Of a stretch of DNA of 64,000 nt, positions 30,224 through 39,716 are shown piece after piece (the first letter of the stretch is position 1; each line of letters opens with the position of its first letter). The position numbers and the translations under genes are program-made. Source of the DNA: an uncultured delta proteobacterium (GTDB lineage Bacteria > Myxococcota_A > UBA9160 > SMWR01); contig CAWHTE010000002.1 of assembly GCA_963832165.1 (NCBI GenBank), positions 416,001 to 480,000 of the forward strand. Reading direction: 5' to 3'. The notes below the pieces were generated by a model, which made no database searches, was not told the DNA's origin, and saw nothing but the letters and a program-made list of their open reading frames with translations.

Positions 30224-31482
30224 GCGGCCCTGCGCTCGTAGACCTGGTATCGGCCGGTGCGCAGCAGCAAGACGCGGTTGCGATCAACGACCACATCTTC
30301 ATGTCGCGCGGCGTGTCGAACTGCTACCTGGTCGGCACCGGCAGCGGGGCGCTGCTCGTGAACACCGGGATGACGCACGAGGCCGAGGCCCACCGCGACC
30401 GCTTCGCGCGGGCGTGCAACGAGCGGGTCCGGGCGATCGTCTTCACGCAGAGCCACGGGGACCACGTCGGCGGCTGGACGATGTTCAACGGTCCCGACGT
30501 CGACACGATCGTGCAGAAGAACTTCCCCGACGTGCGCGGCTACTGGAACCGGCTCGCACCGTTCTACGGCCGCCGGACCGCGAAGCTGTGGAGCGGAGTC
30601 GCCGCGACGCGCGCGCAGGGCGTTCCGGCCAGCCGTCCCCCCGTGCTGCCGCCCGACCCGGTGCCGACGGTCACGTTCGACGACACCTACTCGTTCAAGG
30701 TCGGTGACCTGCGCGTCGAGCTGCTCGCGGTCCCGGGCGGAGAGACCACCGACTCGCTCCTGGTCTGGCTGCCCGACGAGCGCGTCGCGTTCAGCGGGAA
30801 CATGCTAGGCCCGATGTACCTCCACGTACCCAACCTCTACACGATCCGCGGCGACAAGCTGCGCAGCGCGTTGCGCTACATCGAGTCGGTCGACCGGTTG
30901 CGCGCGCTGGAGCCGGAAGTGCTGATCACGGGTCACGGCGACCCGATTCGCGGCGCCGAGCGCATCCACGCCGATCTCGAGAAGCTGCGCGACTCGGTGC
31001 AGTGGGTGCACGATCAGACCGTCGCCGGGATGAATGCCGGGACCGACCTGTTCACGCTGATGCGCGAGATCGCGCCGCCGCCCGAGCTCGCGCTCGGGGA
31101 GGGGCACGGCAAGGTGATGTGGAACGTGCGCGCGATCTGGGAGGAGTACGCCGGGTGGTTCCGCTACGAGTCCACCACCGAGCTGTACGCGGTGCCGCCG
31201 CGCGCGGTCTTCGGCGATCTCGTCGAGCTCGCGGGCGGACCCGACGCGCTGGCGAAGCGGGCTGCGTCGCACGTCGCCGCGGGCAGGCCGCTCGAGGCTC
31301 TACACCTCACCGACATCGTGCTCGACGCGGCTCCCGAGCACCGCGGAGCCCGTGAGACCGCGCTCGCCGCGCACGCGCTCCTGCTCGAACGCAGCGGAGG
31401 GGCGAACCTCAGCGAGACGCGGTGGCTCGAGACCGAGATCGCCGCGGCGCGCGCATCGTTGGACCACGAGGAGAAGGACTGA
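30220..31482 (+). CDS. Alkyl-sulfatase-like MBL-fold hydrolase
   Basis: TQSHGDH, PGGETTD, PNLYTIRGD, ITGHG, YAGWF dimerisation region. Confidence 0.82.
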   Translation: MSGPALVDLVSAGAQQQDAVAINDHIFMSRGVSNCYLVGTGSGALLVNTGMTHEAEAHRDRFARACNERVRAIVFTQSHGDHVGGWTMFNGPDVDTIVQKNFPDVRGYWNRLAPFYGRRTAKLWSGVAATRAQGVPASRPPVLPPDPVPTVTFDDTYSFKVGDLRVELLAVPGGETTDSLLVWLPDERVAFSGNMLGPMYLHVPNLYTIRGDKLRSALRYIESVDRLRALEPEVLITGHGDPIRGAERIHADLEKLRDSVQWVHDQTVAGMNAGTDLFTLMREIAPPPELALGEGHGKVMWNVRAIWEEYAGWFRYESTTELYAVPPRAVFGDLVELAGGPDALAKRAASHVAAGRPLEALHLTDIVLDAAPEHRGARETALAAHALLLERSGGANLSETRWLETEIAAARASLDHEEKD

Positions 31483-31483
31483 C

Positions 31484-32284
31484 ATGGCGGCAGCGGACCT
31501 CTTCGACCTCACCGGCAAGGTGGGGCTGGTCACCGGCGCGAACAGCGGTCTCGGCTTCGGGTTCGCGAGCGGCATCGCCAAGTGCGGTGGTGATGTCGTC
31601 GTGTGGGGTCGCCGGGCCGACAAGAACGAGCAGGCGGCCGAGCAGCTGCGCAAGATGGGGGCGCGGCGCGTGCACTGTCAGAGTGTCGACGTGGCCGACG
31701 AGGCGCGTGTCGTCGCCGGAATGGCGGAGGCGATCGAGGTGATGGGACGCGTCGACTGCGTCGTCGCGAACGCCGGCGGCGTCTCGGGTGCGCCGCTGCA
31801 CCTGATGAGCACGCAGATGTACAACGACCTGCTCGGCGTCGCGCAGCACGGCGCGTTCTTCACGATGCGCGAAGGCGTCAAGCACATGAAGGCGCGCGCC
31901 GACGCGGGCGACCCGGGCGGCTCGATCATCGTGTGCGGCAGCCTCACGACCTTCATGGGGCACGCAGGGATCGCGCACTACGCCGCGGCGAAGGGTGCGG
32001 TGGCGTCGATCATGCGATCGATCGCCGTGGAGTACGGACGCGACGGCATCCGCGCCAACGCGGTGTGTGCTGGCCTGTTCTGGAACGGTCCGATGGAGAA
32101 CGCGCCCGAGGCAGTCATGGGACCGCTGAAGCAGGTGATGCGCGAGAAGAATCCGATCCCGCGGATGGGCAACCCCGAGGATCTCGAAGGCATCACCGCG
32201 TACCTGATGAGCGACTGCTCGAAGTACCACACGGGAAACCTGATCGTGGTCGACGGCGGCCAGTCGATCACGACGCTCACCTGA
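31484..32284 (+). CDS. Short-chain dehydrogenase/reductase
   Basis: TGANSGLG, ANAG, YAAAK, VDGG. Confidence 0.92.
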   Translation: MAAADLFDLTGKVGLVTGANSGLGFGFASGIAKCGGDVVVWGRRADKNEQAAEQLRKMGARRVHCQSVDVADEARVVAGMAEAIEVMGRVDCVVANAGGVSGAPLHLMSTQMYNDLLGVAQHGAFFTMREGVKHMKARADAGDPGGSIIVCGSLTTFMGHAGIAHYAAAKGAVASIMRSIAVEYGRDGIRANAVCAGLFWNGPMENAPEAVMGPLKQVMREKNPIPRMGNPEDLEGITAYLMSDCSKYHTGNLIVVDGGQSITTLT

Positions 32285-32318
32285 GCGCGTCGGGGCGCGG
32301 GAAGCGTGCCCGGGGGGC

Positions 32319-33879
32319 CTAACCGCTGTTGTACGTGCGCAGCCGGCCCGCGCGCGTCTCGCGCGTGAACATGTAGAAGTGCCAGTGCGTGACGCAGCGG
32401 TTCATGAACTGCGCGAAGCCGATCACGCCGGGCCGGTGCTTGCGGTTGTCGCGCCAGAAGAAGCGCCAGTAGGTGCGGCCGACGCTACCGAGCGAGCCGT
32501 CGCGGAATAGCGCCTTCGCGAGCTTCCAGAGCGAGATCAGGCCGTAGCCGAGCGTCGGGATCGTCTTGCCCTCGCCGGCCTTCTCGCAGATCTCGGCGCG
32601 CTTGCGCTCGAACTCCGGGTGCTTCTTGTACGTCGTGAAATAGCGCTCGAAGAACGCCTCGGGCGTGTAGAGGCGCCCGACCAGCTCCCAGTAGTTCGAG
32701 CGCAGCTCTTCGCGCGTCATCTGCTTGGGATGGAAGTTGCAGTTGGGGTCTTCCTCGACGAGGCGCCCCTCCTTCTCCAGGCGCTCGTAGAGCGGCGTCT
32801 TCGGGATGGCGCCGAGCATGCCCACCATCGCGAGCAGGATCCCGTTGTCCTGGATGAAGCGGTACTGGTCCTCGAAGATCTGGAGGTCGTCGTTGTCGAA
32901 GCCGACGATGAAGCCCGCGCTGATGTCGAGCCCCGCGCGCTGGATCCGCGCGAGCTTGTCCTGCATCGAGTCGCCGCGCGTGTTCTGGAACTTCTTGGTC
33001 TCTTTGAGTGACGCTTCGCGCGGCGTCTCGATGCCGATGAACACGCTGCGGAAGTTGGCCTCGTACATGAGCTCGAGCAGCACCGCGTCGTCGGCCAGGT
33101 TGATGCTGGCCTCGGTGGAGAGCCGCAGCGGGATAGTTGTGCTCGCGCTGCCAGATCGCGATCTCGCGCAGCAGTTCCTTGGCTTCTTTCTTGTTCCCGA
33201 TGAAGTTGTCGTCGACGATCATCGCGGAGAAGAAGCCCGCCTTGCGCATCTCCTCGAGCTCGGCGATCACCTGCGCGGCCTTCTTCGTGCGCGGCACGCG
33301 GCCGAAGATCACGATGATGTCGCAGAACTCGCACTGGAACGGGCAGCCGCGCGAGAACTGCAGCGAGCCCGACGCATAGCGCTGGACGTGCAGCAGGTCG
33401 TAGCGCGGGATCGGCAGGGTGGTCATGTCGGTGCGACCCTCCTGCTCGTAGCGCGTCTTCACGGGGCGTCCGGCCGCGAAGTCGGCGAGGAACAGCGGCC
33501 AGGTCTCGTCGGCCTCGCCGACGAACATCGTGTCGCACAGCCCCTCGAACACCTCCTCCTTCACCGAGACGTACGGGCCGCCCACCACCACGTAGGTGTC
33601 GATCTTGCGCAGCCGCTCGAGGATCTGGCGTTGGCGCTCGCGCTGGACGTTCATGCCGGTGACGCCGACGATGTCGAAGCGGTCGAGCGTGGCCCAGTCG
33701 ATCTCCTCGACGTTCTCGTCGATCAGCACGATCTCGTGCGCGCCCGCGAGCGCGGCCACGGTGGGCAGCGCGCCGTTGATCATCGTGCTGCGCCGGTCGC
33801 CGGGATAGAGCGGCAGCGCGTACTCGAAGCCCCAGTAGGAGGGCTCGAAGCGCGGGTTGATCAGACACACCGAGAGCAC
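32319..33879 (-). CDS. B12-binding radical SAM methyltransferase-like protein (HpnP-related), frameshifted near 33131
   Basis: VGVTGM, VVGGPY, GEADETW, SRGCPFQCEFC, DDNFIGN; continues in another frame as TEASINLADD, VFIGIETP, GFIVGFDND. Start approximate. Confidence 0.82.
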
Positions 33880-34129
33880 CGGCTTGGCCGGCCGGGGTGA
33901 TGCAGCAGGCGGACGCTGCTCGGAAGCGAACGAAGACGCGAGCGCTTGGGCCAGGAAGGATCCCTCTGGACGGGGGAGTACGGGCGGCGGACGGCACGGC
34001 AGCCGAAGGGCGGGAGAGGCCGAGCGGAGGTTAGGCGATCCGGTGGCGGGCTCCAATCCCCCATTTCCGGGGAGGCGATTTCCCGGGGGCCCCAGACCCG
34101 GCAGGGATGGGCGGCTACGTTCTGAATCG

Positions 34130-37100
34130 ATGGATGCGCTGGATCTCTTCCATCCCGCCGTACGCACCTGGTTCGAGCGGCGTTTTCCCCTGGGTCCCAC
34201 CGAGCCCCAGGAGCGCGGCTGGCCCGCGATCGCGAGCGGCCGCGACACGCTGATCGCCGCGCCCACGGGCTCCGGAAAGACGCTCGCGGCGTTCCTGGTC
34301 TGCATCGACCGGCTGCTGCGCGAGGCCGAGCGCGGCGATCTGCCCCAGACCACCGACGTCGTCTACGTCTCGCCGCTCAAGGCGCTCGCAACCGACGTGC
34401 GCGAGAACCTGATCGCGCCGCTGGCCGAGATCAGCGCGATCGTGCAGCAGCGCGGCGGGGCGTGGGAGGAGATCCGCGCCGAGGTGCGCTCGGGCGACAC
34501 GCCCGCGGCGCAGCGTGCGCGGCTCGTGAAGCGACCGCCCCACATCCTCGTCACCACGCCCGAGTCGCTCTACCTGATGCTCACGGCCGAGCGCAGCCGC
34601 GAGACGCTGCGCAACGCGCGCACGGTGATCGTCGACGAGATCCACGCCACCGCGCGCGACAAGCGCGGCTCTCATCTCGCGCTGTCGCTCGAGCGGCTCG
34701 AAGCGCTATGCGCGCAGAGGCCCGTGCGGATCGGCCTCTCCGCGACGCAGCGGCCGATCGAGCGGATCGCGCGGCTGCTCGTGGGTGCCTCGGCGGAGGC
34801 GACCCTGCCGGACGGCAGCCCGCGCTGCGAGATCGTCGATGCGGGGCATCGCCGCGCGCTCGACATCGCGATCTGGGTACCCGGCAGCGAGCTCTCCGCC
34901 GTGGCGTCGATGGAGCAGTGGGGCGAAGTGCTCGCGGAGATCGCCGCGCAGGTCACCCAGCACCGCACCACGCTCGTGTTCTCGAACACGCGCCGGCAGG
35001 CCGAGCGCATCGCCCACCTGCTCGGCGAACGGCTCGGCGTGGACCGCGTCGCGGCGCATCACGGCAGCCTCGCGGTCGACCGGCGCCACCGCATCGAGCA
35101 GCGCCTGCGCGACGGCGAGCTCGCCGCGCTCGTCGCCACGGCGTCGCTCGAGCTCGGCATCGACATCGGGCCCGTCGAGCTCGTGTGCCAGCTCGGATCG
35201 CCGCGCGGGCTCTCCACGTTCCTGCAGCGCGTGGGCCGTTCGGGTCACGCGCGCGGCGCCGTGCCCAAGGGCCGCCTGTTCCCGACCACGCGCGACGAGC
35301 TCGTCGAGTGCGCCGCGCTCGTGCGCGGCGTGCGCGCAGGCGAGCTCGACGCGGTGCACCCGCCCGAGGCCCCGCTCGACATCCTCGCTCAGCAGATCGT
35401 GGCCGCGTGCGCGGCGGAGCCGTGGAAGGAAGCCGAGCTGTTCGATCTCGTGCGGCGCGCGGCGCCCTACGAGCACCTCGCGCGCGGCGACTACGACGCC
35501 GTGGTCGAGCTCGTCTCCGAGGGCATCCAGACCGGCCGCGGTCGCCGCGCCGCCTACGTGCACCGCGATCGCGTGAACGGCGTGCTGCGCGGACGGCGCG
35601 GCGCGCGGATCGCGGCACTGACCTCGGGCGGCGCGATCCCGGACACCGCCGACTACCGCGTCGTCGCCGATCCCGACGACACCGTGGTCGGCACCGTGAA
35701 CGAGGACTGGGCGGTCGAGAGCATGGCCGGCGACGTGTTCCTGCTCGGCAGCACGTCGTGGCAGATCCGCCGCGTCGAGTCGGGCGTGGTGCGCGTACGC
35801 GACGCGCACGGCGCGCCGCCGACCGTGCCGTTCTGGCTCGGCGAGGCTCCCGCGCGCAGCGCCGAGCTCTCGCGCGAGGTATCGGAGCTGCGCGCCGAGG
35901 TCTCGCGACATCTCGTCGCAGGGGGCGCCGCCGTGGCGCGCGCAACGCTCGCCGCGCGCGCGGGCCTCGACGCCGCGGGCGCCGCACAGCTCGTGGCCTA
36001 TCTCGAGGCGTCGCTCACGGCGCTCGGCGCGCTGCCGAGCCAGCGGCGGATCGTGGTGGAGCGCTTCTTCGACGAGAGCGGCGGCATGCAGCTCGTCCTG
36101 CACGCACCCTTCGGCGGCCGGATCAACCGCGCGCTCGGGCTCGTCGCGCGCAAGCGCATCTGTCGCGCGTTCGACTTCGAGCTCCAGGCCGCGGCCACCG
36201 ACGACGCGATCGTGCTGTCGCTGGGTCCCCAGCACAGCTTCCCGCTCGAGACCGCGGGGTCGCTCCTGCACTCGCACGAGCTGCGCGAGACGCTCGCGCA
36301 GGCAGTCCTGTTGTCGCCGATGTTCACGGCGCGCTGGCGCTGGAACCTCGGACGCGCGCTCGCGGTGCTGCGCTTCCGCGGCGGACGCAAGAATCCTCCG
36401 CCGATCCAGCGCATGGAAGCCGACGACCTCATGTGCGCGGTCTTCCCGGGTCTCGCGCAGTGCCAGGAGAACCAGGTCGGGCCGATCGAGCTGCCCGATC
36501 ACCCGATCGTGCGCCAGACGATGCACGACTGCCTGCACGAGGCGCTCGACGTAGACGGCGCGCTCGAGATCGCGCGCGCGATCGAGAGCGGTGAGGTGGA
36601 GCTGCATCTGCGCGACACGAGCGAGCCGTCGCCGCTCTCGCACGAGATCCTGAACAGCAAGCCCTATACGTTCCTCGACGACGCCCCGCTCGAGGAGCGC
36701 CGCACGCGCGCGGTGAGTCTGCGCCGTGGGCTGCCCGCAGCCGCGCGCGATCTCGCGGTGCTCGACGCTGCCGCCGTCGCGCGAGTACGCCAGGAGGCAG
36801 CGCTCGCGCCGCGCGACGCCGAAGAGCTGCACGACGCGCTGCTCTCGCTCGTGGTGCTGCGCCCCGAGCGGGCCTGGTATTCGTGGTTCGACGCGCTCGC
36901 CGCGGACGGTCGCGTCGCCGAGGTCGGCGGGTTCTGGCTGGCGACCGAGCAGCGCGACACGGTTCACGCGCTCTTCGAGCGCGACGACGACGCTGCGATC
37001 GCCGAGGCTCTGCGCGGACACCTCGCCGTCACGGGCCCCGCGACGATCGCCGAGCTCGCGCTGCGCGTCGGGCTGTCCGCGCCGCAGATCGAACGCGGCG

Positions 37101-38227
37101 TCGCGGCACTCGAGGCGTCGGGTTATGTCCTGCGCGGCTCGTTCGATCCCGACCGCAGCGAGCCCGAGGTGTGCGCGCGCCACCTGCTCGCGCGCATCCA
37201 CAGCTACACCCAACGCCGGCTGCGCAGCGAGATCGAGCCCGTCTTCGCGCGCGACTTCATGCGCTTCCTCTTGCGCTGGCAGTCCGTCGCGCCGGGAACG
37301 CGGCGCGAGGGCCGTGCGGGCACGCTCGCGGCGATCCGCCAGCTGCAGGGGTTCGAGCTGGCCTCGGGCGCGTGGGAGAGCGCGGTGTTGCCCGCGCGCG
37401 TCGCGGCGTATCGGCCGGGCTGGCTCGACGACCTGTGCTGGTCGGGTGACGTGGTGTGGGGCCGCCTCGGCCTGCGCAGCGGCAAGCTTCCCTCGCGCGC
37501 GACTCCGATCGCGCTCGTGCAGCGCGCCGATCTCTCGTGGCTGCTCGCCGCACTGCGCGGTGGCGACGCCGCCGAGTTGCCCGAGAGCGAGGCCGCGCGC
37601 GCGGTGCTCGCCGCGCTCGAGCGCGGCGGCGCGCTGTTCCAGTCCGAGCTCGCGGTGCGCGCGGGAATCGGCGCCGCGGAGCTCGTGCCCGCGCTCTGGG
37701 AGCTCGTGGCCGGCGGACACATCACGTCCGACGGGATCCAGTCGTTGCGCCAGCTGTTCGACGGCCGCGCCACCGCGCTGCGGCGCTCTGCGCGCGAGCA
37801 GCGCCCGGGTCGCGCGGCGCAGGGGCGCTGGGCGATCCTCGCTGCGCCGCCGCCGGGCGATTCCGACGAGCACGCCGAGCAGGTGGCAGAGCAGCTGCTC
37901 GCGCGCTGGGGCGTCGTGTTCTACGACGTGCTCGCGCGCGAGAATCTCGCGCTGTCGTGGCGCGAGATTCTCGTCGCGCTGCGCCGGCTCGAAGCGCGCG
38001 GGCGCGCGCGCGGCGGCCGCTTCGTCACGGGCTTCTCGGGTGAGCAGTACGCGTGGCCGGGTGCGGTCGATGCGCTGCGCGCGGTGCGCAAGCTACCGCT
38101 CACGGGCGAGCGCGTGGTGCTGTCGGCGGCCGATCCGCTCAACCTGGTCGGGATCCTCACGCCGGGCGCGCGCATCCCTGCAGGTGGATCCGCGAACGTC
38201 ATCTGGTGCGACGGCGAGGTGCTGTGA
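34130..38227 (+). CDS. lhr: Lhr-family ATP-dependent helicase (long form)
   Basis: APTGSGKT, TTPESL, DEIH, LSAT, ELGIDIG, QRVGRSGH, PFWLGE, GRFVTGFSGEQY, AADPLNL. Confidence 0.92.
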   Translation: MDALDLFHPAVRTWFERRFPLGPTEPQERGWPAIASGRDTLIAAPTGSGKTLAAFLVCIDRLLREAERGDLPQTTDVVYVSPLKALATDVRENLIAPLAEISAIVQQRGGAWEEIRAEVRSGDTPAAQRARLVKRPPHILVTTPESLYLMLTAERSRETLRNARTVIVDEIHATARDKRGSHLALSLERLEALCAQRPVRIGLSATQRPIERIARLLVGASAEATLPDGSPRCEIVDAGHRRALDIAIWVPGSELSAVASMEQWGEVLAEIAAQVTQHRTTLVFSNTRRQAERIAHLLGERLGVDRVAAHHGSLAVDRRHRIEQRLRDGELAALVATASLELGIDIGPVELVCQLGSPRGLSTFLQRVGRSGHARGAVPKGRLFPTTRDELVECAALVRGVRAGELDAVHPPEAPLDILAQQIVAACAAEPWKEAELFDLVRRAAPYEHLARGDYDAVVELVSEGIQTGRGRRAAYVHRDRVNGVLRGRRGARIAALTSGGAIPDTADYRVVADPDDTVVGTVNEDWAVESMAGDVFLLGSTSWQIRRVESGVVRVRDAHGAPPTVPFWLGEAPARSAELSREVSELRAEVSRHLVAGGAAVARATLAARAGLDAAGAAQLVAYLEASLTALGALPSQRRIVVERFFDESGGMQLVLHAPFGGRINRALGLVARKRICRAFDFELQAAATDDAIVLSLGPQHSFPLETAGSLLHSHELRETLAQAVLLSPMFTARWRWNLGRALAVLRFRGGRKNPPPIQRMEADDLMCAVFPGLAQCQENQVGPIELPDHPIVRQTMHDCLHEALDVDGALEIARAIESGEVELHLRDTSEPSPLSHEILNSKPYTFLDDAPLEERRTRAVSLRRGLPAAARDLAVLDAAAVARVRQEAALAPRDAEELHDALLSLVVLRPERAWYSWFDALAADGRVAEVGGFWLATEQRDTVHALFERDDDAAIAEALRGHLAVTGPATIAELALRVGLSAPQIERGVAALEASGYVLRGSFDPDRSEPEVCARHLLARIHSYTQRRLRSEIEPVFARDFMRFLLRWQSVAPGTRREGRAGTLAAIRQLQGFELASGAWESAVLPARVAAYRPGWLDDLCWSGDVVWGRLGLRSGKLPSRATPIALVQRADLSWLLAALRGGDAAELPESEAARAVLAALERGGALFQSELAVRAGIGAAELVPALWELVAGGHITSDGIQSLRQLFDGRATALRRSAREQRPGRAAQGRWAILAAPPPGDSDEHAEQVAEQLLARWGVVFYDVLARENLALSWREILVALRRLEARGRARGGRFVTGFSGEQYAWPGAVDALRAVRKLPLTGERVVLSAADPLNLVGILTPGARIPAGGSANVIWCDGEVL

Positions 38228-39003
38228 CCGAGGAGTCGGCCCCGCACAGCGCTCGCCTCGCGCGCCACTACGACGCGAAGTACGGCGCCGAGCGCGAAGC
38301 GCTCCGCACCGAGATCGTGCGCGCGCACCCCGCGCCCGCGAGTCGCCACGAGGCGTGCCTCACCCACTTTCCGCGCCACTTCCGCGGCGGCGACATCCTC
38401 GAGATCGGCGCGGGCGATGGGCTCATCGCGCGCAGCCTCGCCGCCGCGGGGGTTCCGTTCGACCACTACACCGCCACGGAGTACTCCGAGGCGCGGCTCG
38501 ACGGGTTGCGCCGCTCGCTCGCCGACCCGCGCGTGCGCGTCGCGCGCCTCGATCTCGAGGCGCCGCCCGGCGAGCACGCGGGCCGCTACGACGCGGTGAT
38601 CCTGCTCGCGCTCGTCGAACACCTCGTCGATCCGCTCGCGGGTCTGCGCCACGTGCGCGAGATGCTGCGCCCGGGCGGGATCGCGTTCATCGACACGCCC
38701 AACATCGCCAAGTACACGCGACGGCTCAAGCTGCTGTTCGGGCGCTTCCCGTCGACCGCCTCGCGCGACGAGGGCCTCGCGACCTGGCAGGGTGATCCCG
38801 TCGACCTGCACGACGAAGGCCACCTCCACTACTTCACCTACCGCTCGCTCTCGCGGCTGCTCGTCGAGCGCTGCGGGTTCGCGCGCACGACGCCCGCGCC
38901 CTACGTCACGCGCCCGCATCTGCTCGGTCGCCGCGTCGACGCCGCACTCGCGCGCTGGCGGCCGCAGATCTTCGCGGAGCTGTGCCTGGTGGCGCACGCC
39001 TGA
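38224..39003 (+). CDS. Class I SAM-dependent methyltransferase
   Basis: ILEIGAGDG, VEHLVDP, LRPGG..DTPN, HLHYFT; GTGA overlap with lhr. Confidence 0.87.
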   Translation: MTEESAPHSARLARHYDAKYGAEREALRTEIVRAHPAPASRHEACLTHFPRHFRGGDILEIGAGDGLIARSLAAAGVPFDHYTATEYSEARLDGLRRSLADPRVRVARLDLEAPPGEHAGRYDAVILLALVEHLVDPLAGLRHVREMLRPGGIAFIDTPNIAKYTRRLKLLFGRFPSTASRDEGLATWQGDPVDLHDEGHLHYFTYRSLSRLLVERCGFARTTPAPYVTRPHLLGRRVDAALARWRPQIFAELCLVAHA

Positions 39004-39045
39004 CGCGCGCGGAGGCCCATGCTGTGGCCCGCGCGCACTCGCGCA

Positions 39046-39657
39046 TCACTCCTCGTCGGACGACTCCGGCACCGAGAGCTCTTTGGGCATCGACGCGGTC
39101 TCCGTCGCGGAGGCGGGGGAGTGCGCGAAGCGCACCGTGACGAACCGGTTCTCGGCGCGCTGCGCCTCGCTCGTGGGACCCTTGTGCACGGCGCCGCGCG
39201 TGCCGAGGCCGCCGAACGTGAAGCCGACAGAGAGGTCGGGGATCTCCTCCTTCTCCACGGCTGCCTTGCGCGCGGCCTCCACGGCGACCTTGATCTCCTT
39301 CATCGCCGTGAACGCGCGCTCGACGCTGACGCTGTCCTCGAACGCGGTCCCGCGCGAATCGAAGTCGGCACCGCCGTGCACGGTCACGAGCCGAACCGGA
39401 GCGCACTTGCTGCGGTGGCTGGACACGACCAGGGCGGCGATGTGATCGACGCCCTCCTGGCCGGGCTGGCCCTCGTCGGAATCGTCTGGCTGGTACTCCG
39501 CCTTGAAGATGCTCTTCTGCTCGGGCGGATAGCGCCGAAAGCGGATCGAGGCGAACGGATCGACGTTAGGGCAGTCCTCTTCGATCCCGGTGGCTCCGGC
39601 CGGTGACACGACGAGATTCGCCAGCAGCAACCCGAGCACCACGCGTGTGGGCCTCAT
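39046..39657 (-). CDS. Secreted hypothetical protein
   Basis: GAGGAG RBS, signal peptide MRPTRVVLGLLLANLVVSPAGA. Confidence 0.68.
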   Translation of the reverse strand: MRPTRVVLGLLLANLVVSPAGATGIEEDCPNVDPFASIRFRRYPPEQKSIFKAEYQPDDSDEGQPGQEGVDHIAALVVSSHRSKCAPVRLVTVHGGADFDSRGTAFEDSVSVERAFTAMKEIKVAVEAARKAAVEKEEIPDLSVGFTFGGLGTRGAVHKGPTSEAQRAENRFVTVRFAHSPASATETASMPKELSVPESSDEE

Positions 39658-39716
39658 CGCTCTCCTCCTCGACCCGGCGGGAAGCCGGCGGGAGCAATGT
39701 AGGCGCAAAGCCCGCG

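Noticed and set aside
34030..34036. Isolated GTTAGGC core-like heptamer
   Set aside because: No upstream R''/L boxes or cassette context
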